Shown one piece after another: positions 28,890 through 39,203 of a stretch of DNA of 64,000 nt. Position 1 is the first letter of the stretch. Each line of letters opens with the position of its first letter. A program made the translations under genes and the position numbers. The stretch lies in sequence record NC_048674.1. One strand, given 5' to 3'. The notes under the pieces are model-generated. The model was not told the origin of the DNA and ran no database searches. It was given only the letters and a program-made list of their open reading frames with translations.

Positions 28890-29359
28890 AAATTATTGAC
28901 TATAAGTCAGTTGATGTGGTGAACGGGTTTGGAACCCGTTCTTCAATTTGGTTCTCTGGTTGCGACCATATGTGTAAAGGTTGCTTCTCAAAAAACACTT
29001 GGAATTATGATAATGGGTCTGACATTGACATTTATAAACTAGTTGACAATGACATGAACGACCCAATTATAAAGCGGGATGGTATTTCCTTGCTGGGTGG
29101 GGATCCTTTATTTCACAAGAATCGTGGTGGGGTTCTTAGATTCGTTGCTTGGTTCAAAGATAAATACCCAGAAAAAACGATCTGGATGTGGACAGGGTAT
29201 ACAAAAGATGAAATCTCAAAAGATGTATCCATGTGTGGTATAATCAGATTCATAGACGTACTAATCGATGGGAAATTTGAAGAAGATAAGAAAGACCCAG
29301 ACCTTAAATGGAGAGGTTCGTCTAATCAAATTATACATCTACTCAATAAGGAAAAATAA
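28886..29359 (+). CDS. nrdG: anaerobic RNR activase (radical SAM)
   Basis: SGCDHMCKGCF, GGDPL, WRGSSNQ. Confidence 0.96.
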   Translation: MKIIDYKSVDVVNGFGTRSSIWFSGCDHMCKGCFSKNTWNYDNGSDIDIYKLVDNDMNDPIIKRDGISLLGGDPLFHKNRGGVLRFVAWFKDKYPEKTIWMWTGYTKDEISKDVSMCGIIRFIDVLIDGKFEEDKKDPDLKWRGSSNQIIHLLNKEK

Positions 29360-29360
29360 A

Positions 29361-29630
29361 ATGATTACCATTTTTGGTTTCGACCCTGATAATTACAAAT
29401 GTGTCCCGTGCATCAAAGCGAAAAAATTTGCAGATACGAAAAAGCTTGATTACGTTTTCAAACCAATTCTAAAAACCGGTACATCAGAAGAATCTCGTTC
29501 CAATAAGAAGGAACTCGGGGAACGTCGTAAAGCACTTGGTCTTGAAATTACAGGTTTCACCATGCCACAAATTTTCATTGGTGATGTTCTTATTGGTGGC
29601 TTTGATGAGTTGAGAAATTATGAATTCTGA
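29361..29630 (+). CDS. nrdC: glutaredoxin/thioredoxin NrdC
   Basis: IFGFD..KCVPCIKAK, TMPQIF, IGGFDELR. Start ATG 29361. Confidence 0.9.
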   Translation: MITIFGFDPDNYKCVPCIKAKKFADTKKLDYVFKPILKTGTSEESRSNKKELGERRKALGLEITGFTMPQIFIGDVLIGGFDELRNYEF

Positions 29631-29844
29631 TATCATTCTACCAAACCTGAATTACTCTAAACTGACATATGACAGTGTGTTTTCTTTCTTTTATGGTCGC
29701 AAATTCAGACTCATTGATCTGAATACGTTAGAATTGATTATCCATCATATGAATGAAAACTATCCATCTAATGAGGATATTCCTAGGCTAGTCTCTTGGC
29801 ATTCTGCATTGCGAAACGGGTTTGCTATGAGAGGTGAGTTGTAA
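29620..29844 (+). CDS. hypothetical protein
   Basis: 74 aa, overlapping start/stop with both neighbours. Confidence 0.6.
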   Translation: MNSDIILPNLNYSKLTYDSVFSFFYGRKFRLIDLNTLELIIHHMNENYPSNEDIPRLVSWHSALRNGFAMRGEL

Positions 29845-30125
29845 TGTTTGTTGAAATCTATGGAGTTCCGGAAGATATTGCAAAATGCGCCGGTTGTATC
29901 GACTCTATTAGATTTTGTATTGAAAACGGGTATGAATATGAACTCATACCCGTTCTTTCTAAATCTAATAATAGTTTGGGATTTGATTATATAATCGAAA
30001 AATTTGATGAAATAAAAACCAGAGCAAATCTTCCATATCGTCCTACATCATTTCCTAGAATATTTGTTGATGGTCGATATATTGGGTCTCTGAAACAATT
30101 AAGGGACTTATATGGCGATCATTAG
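29844..30125 (+). CDS. nrdH: glutaredoxin NrdH
   Basis: VEIYGVPE..KCAGC, FPRIFVDGRYIGS. Confidence 0.9.
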   Translation: MFVEIYGVPEDIAKCAGCIDSIRFCIENGYEYELIPVLSKSNNSLGFDYIIEKFDEIKTRANLPYRPTSFPRIFVDGRYIGSLKQLRDLYGDH

Positions 30126-30717
30126 AAAAGAACAAGACTGGGAAGTAAAAGAGAAACTGACCGAAAGTGATATACAAGGGTATTTTGGTACGTATTTTCC
30201 AATGCAGAAGAAGTACGACCTGATAGTACCAAACTGCTTTTACACCCATGACCTAGAAGCTGATTTGTTGGCCTTTAGGAAAAGCGGGTTTCGGGATGAG
30301 TTTGAGATCAAGATCAGTAGAGCCGATTTCAAGAACGACGTCAAGAAAATGGTTAAAATTTGGCCTGAGAGAGATAACGGTAGAAGATACAAAGCCGACC
30401 TTGAAGAGATGACCAAATATGAAGCACTAGAAAAAGGTAGACTTCTCAACTATTTCTGGTATATTGTTCCACATGGATTGATAACCCCAGAAGAAATACC
30501 TACATTTGCCGGATTGATGTATATAGAAACTGTCAATAGACACAATCAAAAATATCAATTTAGGGTAATTAAAGACGCCAAGCGTCTCCATGGTAATAAA
30601 TCTTCACAAGAAGACTATGACAAGTCTCTCAGGAAACTTGGGTATCGTTATTGGAATCTTGTTGAAAAGAACATAAAAAATAAGCATGATGGAAAGCAAA
30701 ATGAAATTGACTCGTGA
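30112..30717 (+). CDS. MmcB-like PD-(D/E)XK nuclease
   Basis: EADLL..EFEIKISRADFKND.KK and FWYIVP..GL motifs. Confidence 0.7.
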   Translation: MAIIRKEQDWEVKEKLTESDIQGYFGTYFPMQKKYDLIVPNCFYTHDLEADLLAFRKSGFRDEFEIKISRADFKNDVKKMVKIWPERDNGRRYKADLEEMTKYEALEKGRLLNYFWYIVPHGLITPEEIPTFAGLMYIETVNRHNQKYQFRVIKDAKRLHGNKSSQEDYDKSLRKLGYRYWNLVEKNIKNKHDGKQNEIDS

Positions 30718-30961
30718 AAATTATATTAGTATCCAGAACTTGTGCAAGCGACACATTATTGAGAGCGTTGAAGTTCGGATCGAAAATAAAAATATTGTTA
30801 CTGAAAAATTCCTAGACGTTATTGTTAACTTCATGGCAAAAGAAACTGCACATATTGGAAATATCCACAAGAACAAATTACGCGAAATTGCGGTTGGGTA
30901 TATTCTTGAGGTATATGGCGCGGAGTCTTTTGGAGTTGATAATGGGATCGCTAAACGTTGA
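30701..30961 (+). CDS. hypothetical protein
   Basis: Short ORF in the operon. Confidence 0.6.
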   Translation: MKLTRENYISIQNLCKRHIIESVEVRIENKNIVTEKFLDVIVNFMAKETAHIGNIHKNKLREIAVGYILEVYGAESFGVDNGIAKR

Positions 30962-32396
30962 GATTTTGACATCGGTCCCCGGTAGTGGAAAAACAAAAGC
31001 AATTCTAAAACATGTTGGTCGGAGTCGAAAACCGACCATTATTGCATCAATTTCCTGTCAGTTATCTAAGCAATCTTATGATTTCTTTACAATGACCCTT
31101 GGTTATGATAACGCAATCATCTTAGATACTGACAATATTAAAAAACGGGCATCGGTATATGATTCTATAAAGGAATCTATTGGGAAGTATCGGGTTATTT
31201 TTATTACCCATTCGGCATTAATGAACTTTCCTCATTTTGATTTATTTGAAGGTCATGAGCTTTATATAGATGAAGTTCCTGATATGGTCGATCTTCGTCA
31301 GGTTCAATTCAAGACAAACATCGACGTTGTTTCAAGATACTGTGACATTGCTAGTAATGGTCGTATGACCGTCGTGGAAAAGCATAGAAAGACTCTTGAA
31401 GAAATTGCTATGGATGGTATGCATAACCTAGACGTCGTGTCTAATAGTGTATTCCCTTTGGTTAAAGCACTATTAACTGACATCCCAGTAATTATTAAGG
31501 ATAGCTGTGCTTATTTTGTTGAAGATATGAGTACCCAATCATGGGAATTGTTTACAAAAATCACAATTGCTTGTGCAAATTTTCGAGAAACATTTACGGG
31601 TGTTGTTCTTAAAGAATATGCTGGTTGGGAATTTGTAGAAAGCCCTTTGGTTTCCGATTTGGATTTCAGAAACTACAAGAACACTCAACGAATTGAGATC
31701 ATACCTATGTATGACGGGAATTGGTCTCGATATGCATCCGATATAGAAATTGGTGGTGAAACCGTATACAACAAAGTAAAAGATATTGTTTATAATGTTG
31801 TTGGTCCAGTTAATTACATATACACAACAAACTCATATAGAGGTCCGTTGAATGGTGGGACTAAGATCCCATATAACCCACATGGGATGAACAATTATAT
31901 GAACTTTTCAACTGCGGTTGCGTTATTCTCTTATAACCCAAGCCCATGGCAGTTGGAGTTGTTGAAGTCTCTTAGTTATAATCAGGGTCTGGATGTAGAC
32001 CATCTGACAAACGCATTCTTGGTTTCGAAATATCTAGAGCCAGCTTTCCAACTTTGTTTGAGAACTGACATTCGAAATAATAAAAGTATGTCTCCGGTTA
32101 GGCTTATTGTTCCTGATATGAGGGTTGCTGAATATCTCAAGAATAAGTATCTTCCAGACGCAAATATCGATTGTTCATTGATGATTTTCGCAGAAAAGGA
32201 AAGAAAGCCAAGAAAGAAAGAAACTACCCCAAGAGCTAGGAAAGAGAGTTTTAAATCTATATTCTGTCTTGATAATAAAGAGCAATCCGCATTGTCATAT
32301 TATCAAAAGCAGATTGGACGTAAATTATCTGTCTTGGAACCAACCGATATTGCTTTGGTTTCTGATTGGATTTCTACCCGTCGTAAATCAAAATAA
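30942..32396 (+). CDS. SF2-helicase-like P-loop ATPase
   Basis: SD GGAG then MGSLNVEILTSVPGSGKT (Walker A), FITH, LYIDEVPD (Walker B), late FQ..LRTDIR segment. Confidence 0.65.
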   Translation: MGSLNVEILTSVPGSGKTKAILKHVGRSRKPTIIASISCQLSKQSYDFFTMTLGYDNAIILDTDNIKKRASVYDSIKESIGKYRVIFITHSALMNFPHFDLFEGHELYIDEVPDMVDLRQVQFKTNIDVVSRYCDIASNGRMTVVEKHRKTLEEIAMDGMHNLDVVSNSVFPLVKALLTDIPVIIKDSCAYFVEDMSTQSWELFTKITIACANFRETFTGVVLKEYAGWEFVESPLVSDLDFRNYKNTQRIEIIPMYDGNWSRYASDIEIGGETVYNKVKDIVYNVVGPVNYIYTTNSYRGPLNGGTKIPYNPHGMNNYMNFSTAVALFSYNPSPWQLELLKSLSYNQGLDVDHLTNAFLVSKYLEPAFQLCLRTDIRNNKSMSPVRLIVPDMRVAEYLKNKYLPDANIDCSLMIFAEKERKPRKKETTPRARKESFKSIFCLDNKEQSALSYYQKQIGRKLSVLEPTDIALVSDWISTRRKSK

Positions 32397-32448
32397 AAAA
32401 CATGCATACTGTGTGTTATAATAAATCATAAAACGATGAGGTGTAATA

Positions 32449-33000
32449 ATGGCTGTATACGTAGATAATCAAAAACTGATTGCTGATATAGTTCAGTGGA
32501 AAAAAGACCGAGAAGACCCAACGAAAAAAATGTCTGATTCTCTCGGCGAAGCAATAATGAATATTGTACAAGGATGTACAGAGTATTATAGATTTAGACG
32601 AATGACCCCGATATGGAAAGAAAACCTTGTCCTCGAAGCACAAGAGATCCTTATCAGAAAAATCCATAAATTTGACGAAAAGTCATTTGGTAATGCACAC
32701 GCTTATGTTACAATGATTGCAATGCGGGCATTCTTTGACGAACTAAAGAGAGAGAAGAAAAAGGAAGCTACCAAAAACCGATATTTCGTTGAATGTGTTT
32801 ACGATTCAGACGACGACGATATGGCTGAAATGGTAGACCCTGATTTTTATCTCGACTTGGTTGGTAAAGTCAACGAATATGAAGAATCTATAAAGAAAGC
32901 GGATAAAGAAAAAGAAGAACAAGTCGGGGAACTTGATTGGCTATATGATTACGAAGAAAATCAAGAGGATGACGACAATGAAACGTTACCTGACAATTGA
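32449..33000 (+). CDS. 55: late sigma factor gp55
   Basis: YVDNQKL, LGEAIMNI, KFDE..NAHAYVT, VYDSDDDDM, synteny upstream of 47. Confidence 0.93.
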   Translation: MAVYVDNQKLIADIVQWKKDREDPTKKMSDSLGEAIMNIVQGCTEYYRFRRMTPIWKENLVLEAQEILIRKIHKFDEKSFGNAHAYVTMIAMRAFFDELKREKKKEATKNRYFVECVYDSDDDDMAEMVDPDFYLDLVGKVNEYEESIKKADKEKEEQVGELDWLYDYEENQEDDDNETLPDN

Positions 33001-33199
33001 TCTTCTTGATTTACTTGAATATAGTGAATACGACATAAAAGCAATGCAATATATCCTCATGGTGGAATTGAAAAGTTCTGGGTTTCCAATCGACTTCGAT
33101 TATACAAACCCACATAATCCAAAACCATCTCTTGTTCGTGGTACAATTAAAACAGAATCAACCGATAATATAAAACTGGAATATAAATTCGATGAATGA
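32978..33199 (+). CDS. a-gt.5-like protein
   Basis: Position after 55, size and acidic content. Confidence 0.5.
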   Translation: MKRYLTIDLLDLLEYSEYDIKAMQYILMVELKSSGFPIDFDYTNPHNPKPSLVRGTIKTESTDNIKLEYKFDE

Positions 33200-33581
33200 A
33201 CAACAAGAATTGTCTACTGTAGTAGATGAAGTTATTGAAGAAAATAACTCTGGTGTGAAACTGACTGAATATCAACAAAAGATGGTAGAGAAGTTGGCTA
33301 AAAAACACTATAAGAAGCATGAAAAAGAAATCAAACGTCTTAGCTCCCACGCTCGCGACTGTCTGATCACTGCGAATAAAGAAGGTTATATCTATTCCAT
33401 TGAGAAACTTCGTTTTATCTCACAGCAACCAAAGCTGGACCGCGAGACTCTAGAAACTCTGTACTTGACTTCGAAACAACAAACAGATAAAATTCTGTTC
33501 GATGCTTTCAAACAAGCTGAACAAGAAACATATCTAGTGCCACAGTCTGAGGGTAAAACAACCCCAGTATGTGCAGCTTAA
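33192..33581 (+). CDS. a-gt.4: a-gt.4-like protein
   Basis: KKHEKEIKRLSSHARDCL..NKEGYIYSIEKLR..QQP matches the recalled T4 a-gt.4 pattern. Confidence 0.75.
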   Translation: MNEQQELSTVVDEVIEENNSGVKLTEYQQKMVEKLAKKHYKKHEKEIKRLSSHARDCLITANKEGYIYSIEKLRFISQQPKLDRETLETLYLTSKQQTDKILFDAFKQAEQETYLVPQSEGKTTPVCAA

Positions 33582-33635
33582 TGAACCACCAGACCCATCC
33601 TAAACCGGGTGGGTCTTTTTGATTATGAGGTTAAA

Positions 33636-34667
33636 ATGAAGACTATAAAGTGTGGTGATACCCATTTGGGAGAAGCCAAGGACAGTCCATATATCCAGAA
33701 AGCACAGAAGCTGTTTTTTAAACAGATGTGTGATTATGCAAAAGAAAATGGGATCCGTGTACTTCTTCAAGCCGGGGACTGGTTTGATGTGCGGAGTGGT
33801 GTAACTCAGGAAACCTTGCGCTTTATGCGTGAAGAAATTCGACCTATGCTCGCAGACGCATTTGATGTAATCCATGTTATACCGGGTAACCATGATTGCC
33901 ATTACAAAAATACGGTCATGCCTAACTCCGTTCATGAAAATTTTGGTCATGACCCGTTGTTCAAGATTTATAATGAACCAACCACTATTTTGCTTGGTTC
34001 TCTGATGTTTGATATGATCCCTTGGGAATGCAAAGAAAACAAAGAGCAGATTCGAGAGTTCATCAAGAATAGTGCATCTCAATATTCTATGGGTCACTGG
34101 GAGCTGATGGGTTTTGACTTCTATTCTGGTATCCCCGCGATTCATGGTGAAGATAAAGAGTTTCTGAGTAAGTATAAAACTGCATTCTCCGGTCATTATC
34201 ACACAGCCAGTAAGAAGGGTAACGTCCATTACCTTGGAACCCCATACACGATTACCATGAACGATTGTAATGATGTTCGAGGCTTCTATGTGTTCGATAC
34301 AGATACCGAGGAACTTGAATTCGTCCCAAACGAAAACATGTGGCATGTCAAGGTAAATTATGAAGATGTGGACAAAAAAGATGTTAGCATGTACACAGAT
34401 AAATGTGTTATGCTGGTAATCCATAAATCTGATAAAGAACTCGATGCTACTCTTACCGCACTTGAAGCTGTGGTAGAAAAACTGAATCAAAAGAACTTGG
34501 AAGATTTTTCAGGTGCTATCGATGATGCAGACGAAAAAGACCTAGAAGTAAAAACAATTGATGTCCTTATCAAGGAATATATTAACTCTATGGATCTTGA
34601 TGAGAAAGAGCGTGATCATGCAATGAAATACGCCAGTCGTCTTTTTATAGAAGCGAACAACTCATGA
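33636..34667 (+). CDS. 47: recombination nuclease gp47 (Mre11-like)
   Basis: GDTHLG, GDWFD, GNHD, GHWE, SGHYH, YLGTPY. Confidence 0.96.
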   Translation: MKTIKCGDTHLGEAKDSPYIQKAQKLFFKQMCDYAKENGIRVLLQAGDWFDVRSGVTQETLRFMREEIRPMLADAFDVIHVIPGNHDCHYKNTVMPNSVHENFGHDPLFKIYNEPTTILLGSLMFDMIPWECKENKEQIREFIKNSASQYSMGHWELMGFDFYSGIPAIHGEDKEFLSKYKTAFSGHYHTASKKGNVHYLGTPYTITMNDCNDVRGFYVFDTDTEELEFVPNENMWHVKVNYEDVDKKDVSMYTDKCVMLVIHKSDKELDATLTALEAVVEKLNQKNLEDFSGAIDDADEKDLEVKTIDVLIKEYINSMDLDEKERDHAMKYASRLFIEANNS

Positions 34668-34918
34668 TAGATGTATATCGAATATGTACTTTTCTCCGAG
34701 AAGCAAACGAAGATGATGATGGGCTTGGGTGGTATGATACATCACCCAGCGTAATGGTAGTTGATGGTGTTATTATTATCCAGATTCAATATTATGGTGA
34801 TGATGGGAAACTATATCAAATCGTGAGACGATATGACGAGAAAGATATGGTAGAGGATCATATGATTCGGTATAACATCCAACAAATTTGTAATGAACTT
34901 ATTGAGGCTATGAGTTAA
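34664..34918 (+). CDS. hypothetical protein between 47 and 46
   Basis: 84 aa, translationally coupled. Confidence 0.65.
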   Translation: MIDVYRICTFLREANEDDDGLGWYDTSPSVMVVDGVIIIQIQYYGDDGKLYQIVRRYDEKDMVEDHMIRYNIQQICNELIEAMS

Positions 34919-37248
34919 TGGATATTACGTTTAATTGGATTAGTTACAAAAATATTATGTCGGTTGGTGCGGCTCCAATTCGTGTGCAACTCGACGAAAG
35001 CGCCAAGACCTTGGTTACTGGGTCTAATGGTGCCGGTAAATCAACGATGATTGAAGCGCTGTCTTTCCTTATGTACGGTAAACCATACCGTAAGTTGAAG
35101 AAAGATCAGTTGATCAACCAGATCAATAAGAAAAACCTTCATACCGAGGGGGAGCTTACAATCGGCGGTAAAGTTGTTCATATCGAGCGCGGTATCAAAC
35201 CGACAATTTTTAAGGTTACTGTTGATGGAGAACCAATCCCAGAAGCAGCAAGCGCAATTGAATATCAACGGATCCTTGAAGAAGATATTCTAAAAGTTTC
35301 CCATGAGAGCTTTAAACAGTTGATTGTTCTGGGTACTGCGGGTTATACTCCCTTTATGGAACTGAAACCAGAACAACGCCGGACAATGGTCGAAGACCTT
35401 CTCAAATTGTCTGTTCTTGGTCAAATGAACAAGCTTAACAACGTAGAGCTAAAGCAAGTTAATACAGCTTATGATTTGGTTTCGGTTGAAATGACTGGTC
35501 TTGAGAATGAATATCGTTCTATAGAAAAGTCTATCGAAGAACAAAAAGTGTCTAACGAAGCTGCGATTAGTCAACAAACAGAACAGGTTAAAACTCTGGT
35601 TTCTCGTATTCATTCAGCAAAAGGTGAAATCGAGAAACTGAAAGGTTCTCTTGTTGATCTTGTTGAACCGGATTCGTCTGATATTGATGAAATTGTTAAA
35701 CGTATCGAACAGGAATACCTTGACTCCGGTCACGTTCTCCGTCTGTCTATCGATAACACAAAACATCAGATCTCCTGTGTTGAGTCAAAATATGATGAAC
35801 TGATTGAGAAGGCAAAAAATGAAGTTGTTGATGAATCATCTTTCTTGAATGAAATCAAAGAGTTGGAATCCACTCTGATTGATGATAAGATCCTTGACGA
35901 CCGAATCTCTGGTTTGAAATCTCAATCGTTTGAGGTTCCAAAACCGGAAGATAACCGAATCAAGATTGATGTTAGTCTGGGTGACCGTAAAACCGTTAAG
36001 TCCAGTCGTTTGTTCGAACTTGATTTTATTATCAAAGAGAAAACAAAGGCGCTTGAGAACTTCGCTGACGGAGTTTGTCCGACTTGTGGTACTGATGTTT
36101 CTGATGGTCACAGTCACGTCGACGCGATCCGCGATGAGCTGGAATCTGCTAAGTCTGAAAAAGAAAAGGTAGAATCTGAAATCTCTGAGATTACTGCATT
36201 GATTGATGCGGATAAAGCTGCTGTACGTGCATCAGAAGAAGAGTATGCGGTTTCTCTAACCGAGTGGTCTAACCAAGAGAAGGAATTCAACCAGTCGATT
36301 TCTGATGAGGTTTTGAAGGAACAACGTAAGGTATCAGAACATAATAGCGGTGTTCGAGAGAAGATTGGTGTTCTAAAAACTCGTCTTGAGACTATTTCCG
36401 GTGAGACAAAACGAAAGATCTCTTCTTTGGAAACTCAAAAATCAAATGAGATGATAGAACTCAAAACCAAACTGAGTGCTACACAATCCCAACTTGATCG
36501 GATTGACATCGATAAAGACCGTAAGATTACTGATTTGACGGCTGAACATAACCGGAAAGTTGAGGATATTGCTCGTCAACGTGCTGTAATTGAATCTACC
36601 ATCGCCGCAACAGAAAAATCTATTGCTGAAAATACCGAGATGGCTAAATTCATCAAGGATAATATTGACAATCTCAAATCTAAGGTTTTCGAATCTCCGA
36701 GAATGGCGGAAGTCCAGTCTATCCTATCTGAAAAGGCAAAAGAGAACGAAGAACTTTTCAATCAGAAGTTTAGTTGTGGTATACTTAAGGACATGCTTAA
36801 AGATGATGCCATCAAGGGCGACATCGTTAAGAAATATATCCCTCTGTTTAACTCAAAGATTAACGAATACCTTGGTATTACTGGTGCTGATTATGTTTTC
36901 TCTCTGAATGAATCTTTCGAGGAAACTATCAAATCTCGTGGTCGTGATGAGTTTACTTATATGTCATTCTCACAAGGTGAAAAAGCACGTATCAATATCG
37001 CGCTTCTGTTTACTTGGAGATATATCGCGTCGTTAGTTTCTGGAACAAATATCTCCATGTTGATTCTTGATGAAATCTTCGATGGTGGTATGGACTCCGA
37101 AGGTGTATATGCGGTTAACCGTCTTCTTAATGAGATTGGAGGAAATACCTTTATTATTTCCCACCGAGTAGAAAACCGTGATGATAGCTTTACCTCACAT
37201 ATGAAAATGACAAAGAAAGGTCGTTTCACTGTAATGGAAAGAGAATAA
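34918..37248 (+). CDS. 46: recombination ATPase gp46 (Rad50-like)
   Basis: GSNGAGKST, CPTCG zinc hook, FSQGEK signature, LILDEIFD. Confidence 0.97.
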   Translation: MDITFNWISYKNIMSVGAAPIRVQLDESAKTLVTGSNGAGKSTMIEALSFLMYGKPYRKLKKDQLINQINKKNLHTEGELTIGGKVVHIERGIKPTIFKVTVDGEPIPEAASAIEYQRILEEDILKVSHESFKQLIVLGTAGYTPFMELKPEQRRTMVEDLLKLSVLGQMNKLNNVELKQVNTAYDLVSVEMTGLENEYRSIEKSIEEQKVSNEAAISQQTEQVKTLVSRIHSAKGEIEKLKGSLVDLVEPDSSDIDEIVKRIEQEYLDSGHVLRLSIDNTKHQISCVESKYDELIEKAKNEVVDESSFLNEIKELESTLIDDKILDDRISGLKSQSFEVPKPEDNRIKIDVSLGDRKTVKSSRLFELDFIIKEKTKALENFADGVCPTCGTDVSDGHSHVDAIRDELESAKSEKEKVESEISEITALIDADKAAVRASEEEYAVSLTEWSNQEKEFNQSISDEVLKEQRKVSEHNSGVREKIGVLKTRLETISGETKRKISSLETQKSNEMIELKTKLSATQSQLDRIDIDKDRKITDLTAEHNRKVEDIARQRAVIESTIAATEKSIAENTEMAKFIKDNIDNLKSKVFESPRMAEVQSILSEKAKENEELFNQKFSCGILKDMLKDDAIKGDIVKKYIPLFNSKINEYLGITGADYVFSLNESFEETIKSRGRDEFTYMSFSQGEKARINIALLFTWRYIASLVSGTNISMLILDEIFDGGMDSEGVYAVNRLLNEIGGNTFIISHRVENRDDSFTSHMKMTKKGRFTVMERE

Positions 37249-37436
37249 TGTTTTACAATCTTCACGAAATGTACCCAGAATATAAGGACTTCTGGGTTCT
37301 TACTAATAAGGTCACGGATGACCCTATAGAGCTTGTTGTTACAATGCAGGATCTAGAAGAACGGTTCTCACCAGAAGAACTAACTAAAATTATAAACGGC
37401 TCCCATAAATTTTGGGATGCCTTCAAAAAATACTAA
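37248..37436 (+). CDS. 45.2: gp45.2-like protein
   Basis: 62 aa, LEERFSPEELTKI..H.FW, synteny. Confidence 0.7.
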   Translation: MFYNLHEMYPEYKDFWVLTNKVTDDPIELVVTMQDLEERFSPEELTKIINGSHKFWDAFKKY

Positions 37437-37459
37437 TCTGATTAAAAGGTAATGTCTCA

Positions 37460-38152
37460 ATGAAAATTAATAAGTCTACTATCGAAATCCTGAAATTGTT
37501 TTCTTCTATCAATCCATCAATCCTGATCCAACCGGGTAATTATATCAACACCCGCACCGCCGATGGTAATATCTACGCAGAAGCAACCGTAGAAGATACA
37601 TTTGAACACAAAATCTGTCTCTATGCGATGGATCAACTCCTTGGTGTTATTAATAACTTCAAGGGTGAAATGGAAATGACCGTCGATAACAAAGATGATG
37701 ATCTGAAATTGAATCTCAAACATGAATCCGGGGCTAAAGCAACTCTGATTATGAGTCAAGAAAGTCTGATTGTTTACCCGAAAAAGCCTATTGTATTCCC
37801 AGCGGCTCAAATTGAGTTTGATCTGAAAGCTGATGATATTTCCCGTCTTCAAGCAATGGGTAATACTCTTAAACTGAATATGTTGAAATTCATCAAAGAA
37901 GATGGTAAAATCGTAGCTCGCTTGTTTTATGTCGATAAATCCGGTGGTGTATCCGAGCAGGAAAGCAACCAGTTTGATGTGGTTATCGGTGAAACTGAAT
38001 ACGCTGGTGATTTCGATCTTCGTTTCGATATGAAACACCTTTCTTATCTTACCGGTGATACCTCAGTAAAATGTATCCGTGGTGCAGCACAATTTAAGTG
38101 TCCGCAAGTAACTTATGTAATTTCCATGAACAAAGCATCTACTTTGTCTTGA
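37460..38152 (+). CDS. 45: sliding clamp gp45
   Basis: MKINKSTIEILKLFSSINPSI, YVISM..ST. Confidence 0.93.
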   Translation: MKINKSTIEILKLFSSINPSILIQPGNYINTRTADGNIYAEATVEDTFEHKICLYAMDQLLGVINNFKGEMEMTVDNKDDDLKLNLKHESGAKATLIMSQESLIVYPKKPIVFPAAQIEFDLKADDISRLQAMGNTLKLNMLKFIKEDGKIVARLFYVDKSGGVSEQESNQFDVVIGETEYAGDFDLRFDMKHLSYLTGDTSVKCIRGAAQFKCPQVTYVISMNKASTLS

Positions 38153-38222
38153 TAGGTTTTCCCCCGTCTATAGGGCGGGGCTTTATGAATTTTTAGATAA
38201 TGATATAAAAGAGGTTTTTGAT

Positions 38223-39203
38223 ATGTTGTCAGTTGATAATTCCCATCACATGATGGAAATGAAATTTCGTCCCCAGTCCATTGCAGAATGTATTCTTCCC
38301 CGTCACGATATTGAGCGTTTTAATGGTCTGATTAAGCTTGGTCGGATCCCCCATCTTCTCCTTTGTTCTAAGTCCCCCGGTACTGGCAAAACAACCACCG
38401 CACTCGCACTAGCTAATGATGTAGATGCTGATGTTATGTTTATTTCGGGTGGTAATCTTCGGATTAATGACCTTCGGACTACTCTAACTGACTTCGCCAG
38501 CACCAGCACACGTAAGAAAGGCGGAAAAATTATCATCATCGATGAAGGTGATAACGATGATATGTCAGCAGTACAAAAAGAGCTTCGTAGTTGGATGGAA
38601 GCATATGGTGGTAACTGTACCATTATTATGACTTGTAACAATATCGAAAAGATTATTGATCCTCTTCGTAGCCGGTTCCGTATTTTTGAATTTGGTAAAG
38701 TGGTTGAAGAATCAGAAGAATTGGTCAAAGCTGACGAACTTCGTATGATGAAAGAAATGATTGTTCGCTGCTTTGCAATCTGTAAAGAAGAAGGAATCGA
38801 AATTCGGGATAAAAATTCTATTGCTGCTTTGGTTAAAAAGAATTTTCCAAACTTCCGAACCACTATTACAGAGATGAACAAGTATGCTGCTTGTGGTTAT
38901 ATTGATGAAGGTGTACTGACTTCTGTAAATCGTTCTACAAAAGAAATGGAAAAACTTTTCGAGCTTATTAAAGCCAAAAAAGTTCAAGAAATTCGCCAAC
39001 TGGTTCCTAACTTCTCTAGTGACTATGTGAATTTTGTAAACGCATTTTATGAGCGAGCAACTACCCAAGTTACCGGACAGTCTTATCGTATGATGATTAA
39101 GATCCTTGCTGAATTCCAGAAATTTGCAAGCACTGTACCAAATATGGAAATTCATCTTATGGATATGTTGTCTGATATGGCATGTGAGGTTAACTGGAAA
39201 TGA
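38223..39203 (+). CDS. 44: clamp loader large subunit gp44
   Basis: KFRPQSIAECILP, SPGTGKTT, IIIDEGD, LRSRFR. Confidence 0.96.
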   Translation: MLSVDNSHHMMEMKFRPQSIAECILPRHDIERFNGLIKLGRIPHLLLCSKSPGTGKTTTALALANDVDADVMFISGGNLRINDLRTTLTDFASTSTRKKGGKIIIIDEGDNDDMSAVQKELRSWMEAYGGNCTIIMTCNNIEKIIDPLRSRFRIFEFGKVVEESEELVKADELRMMKEMIVRCFAICKEEGIEIRDKNSIAALVKKNFPNFRTTITEMNKYAACGYIDEGVLTSVNRSTKEMEKLFELIKAKKVQEIRQLVPNFSSDYVNFVNAFYERATTQVTGQSYRMMIKILAEFQKFASTVPNMEIHLMDMLSDMACEVNWK

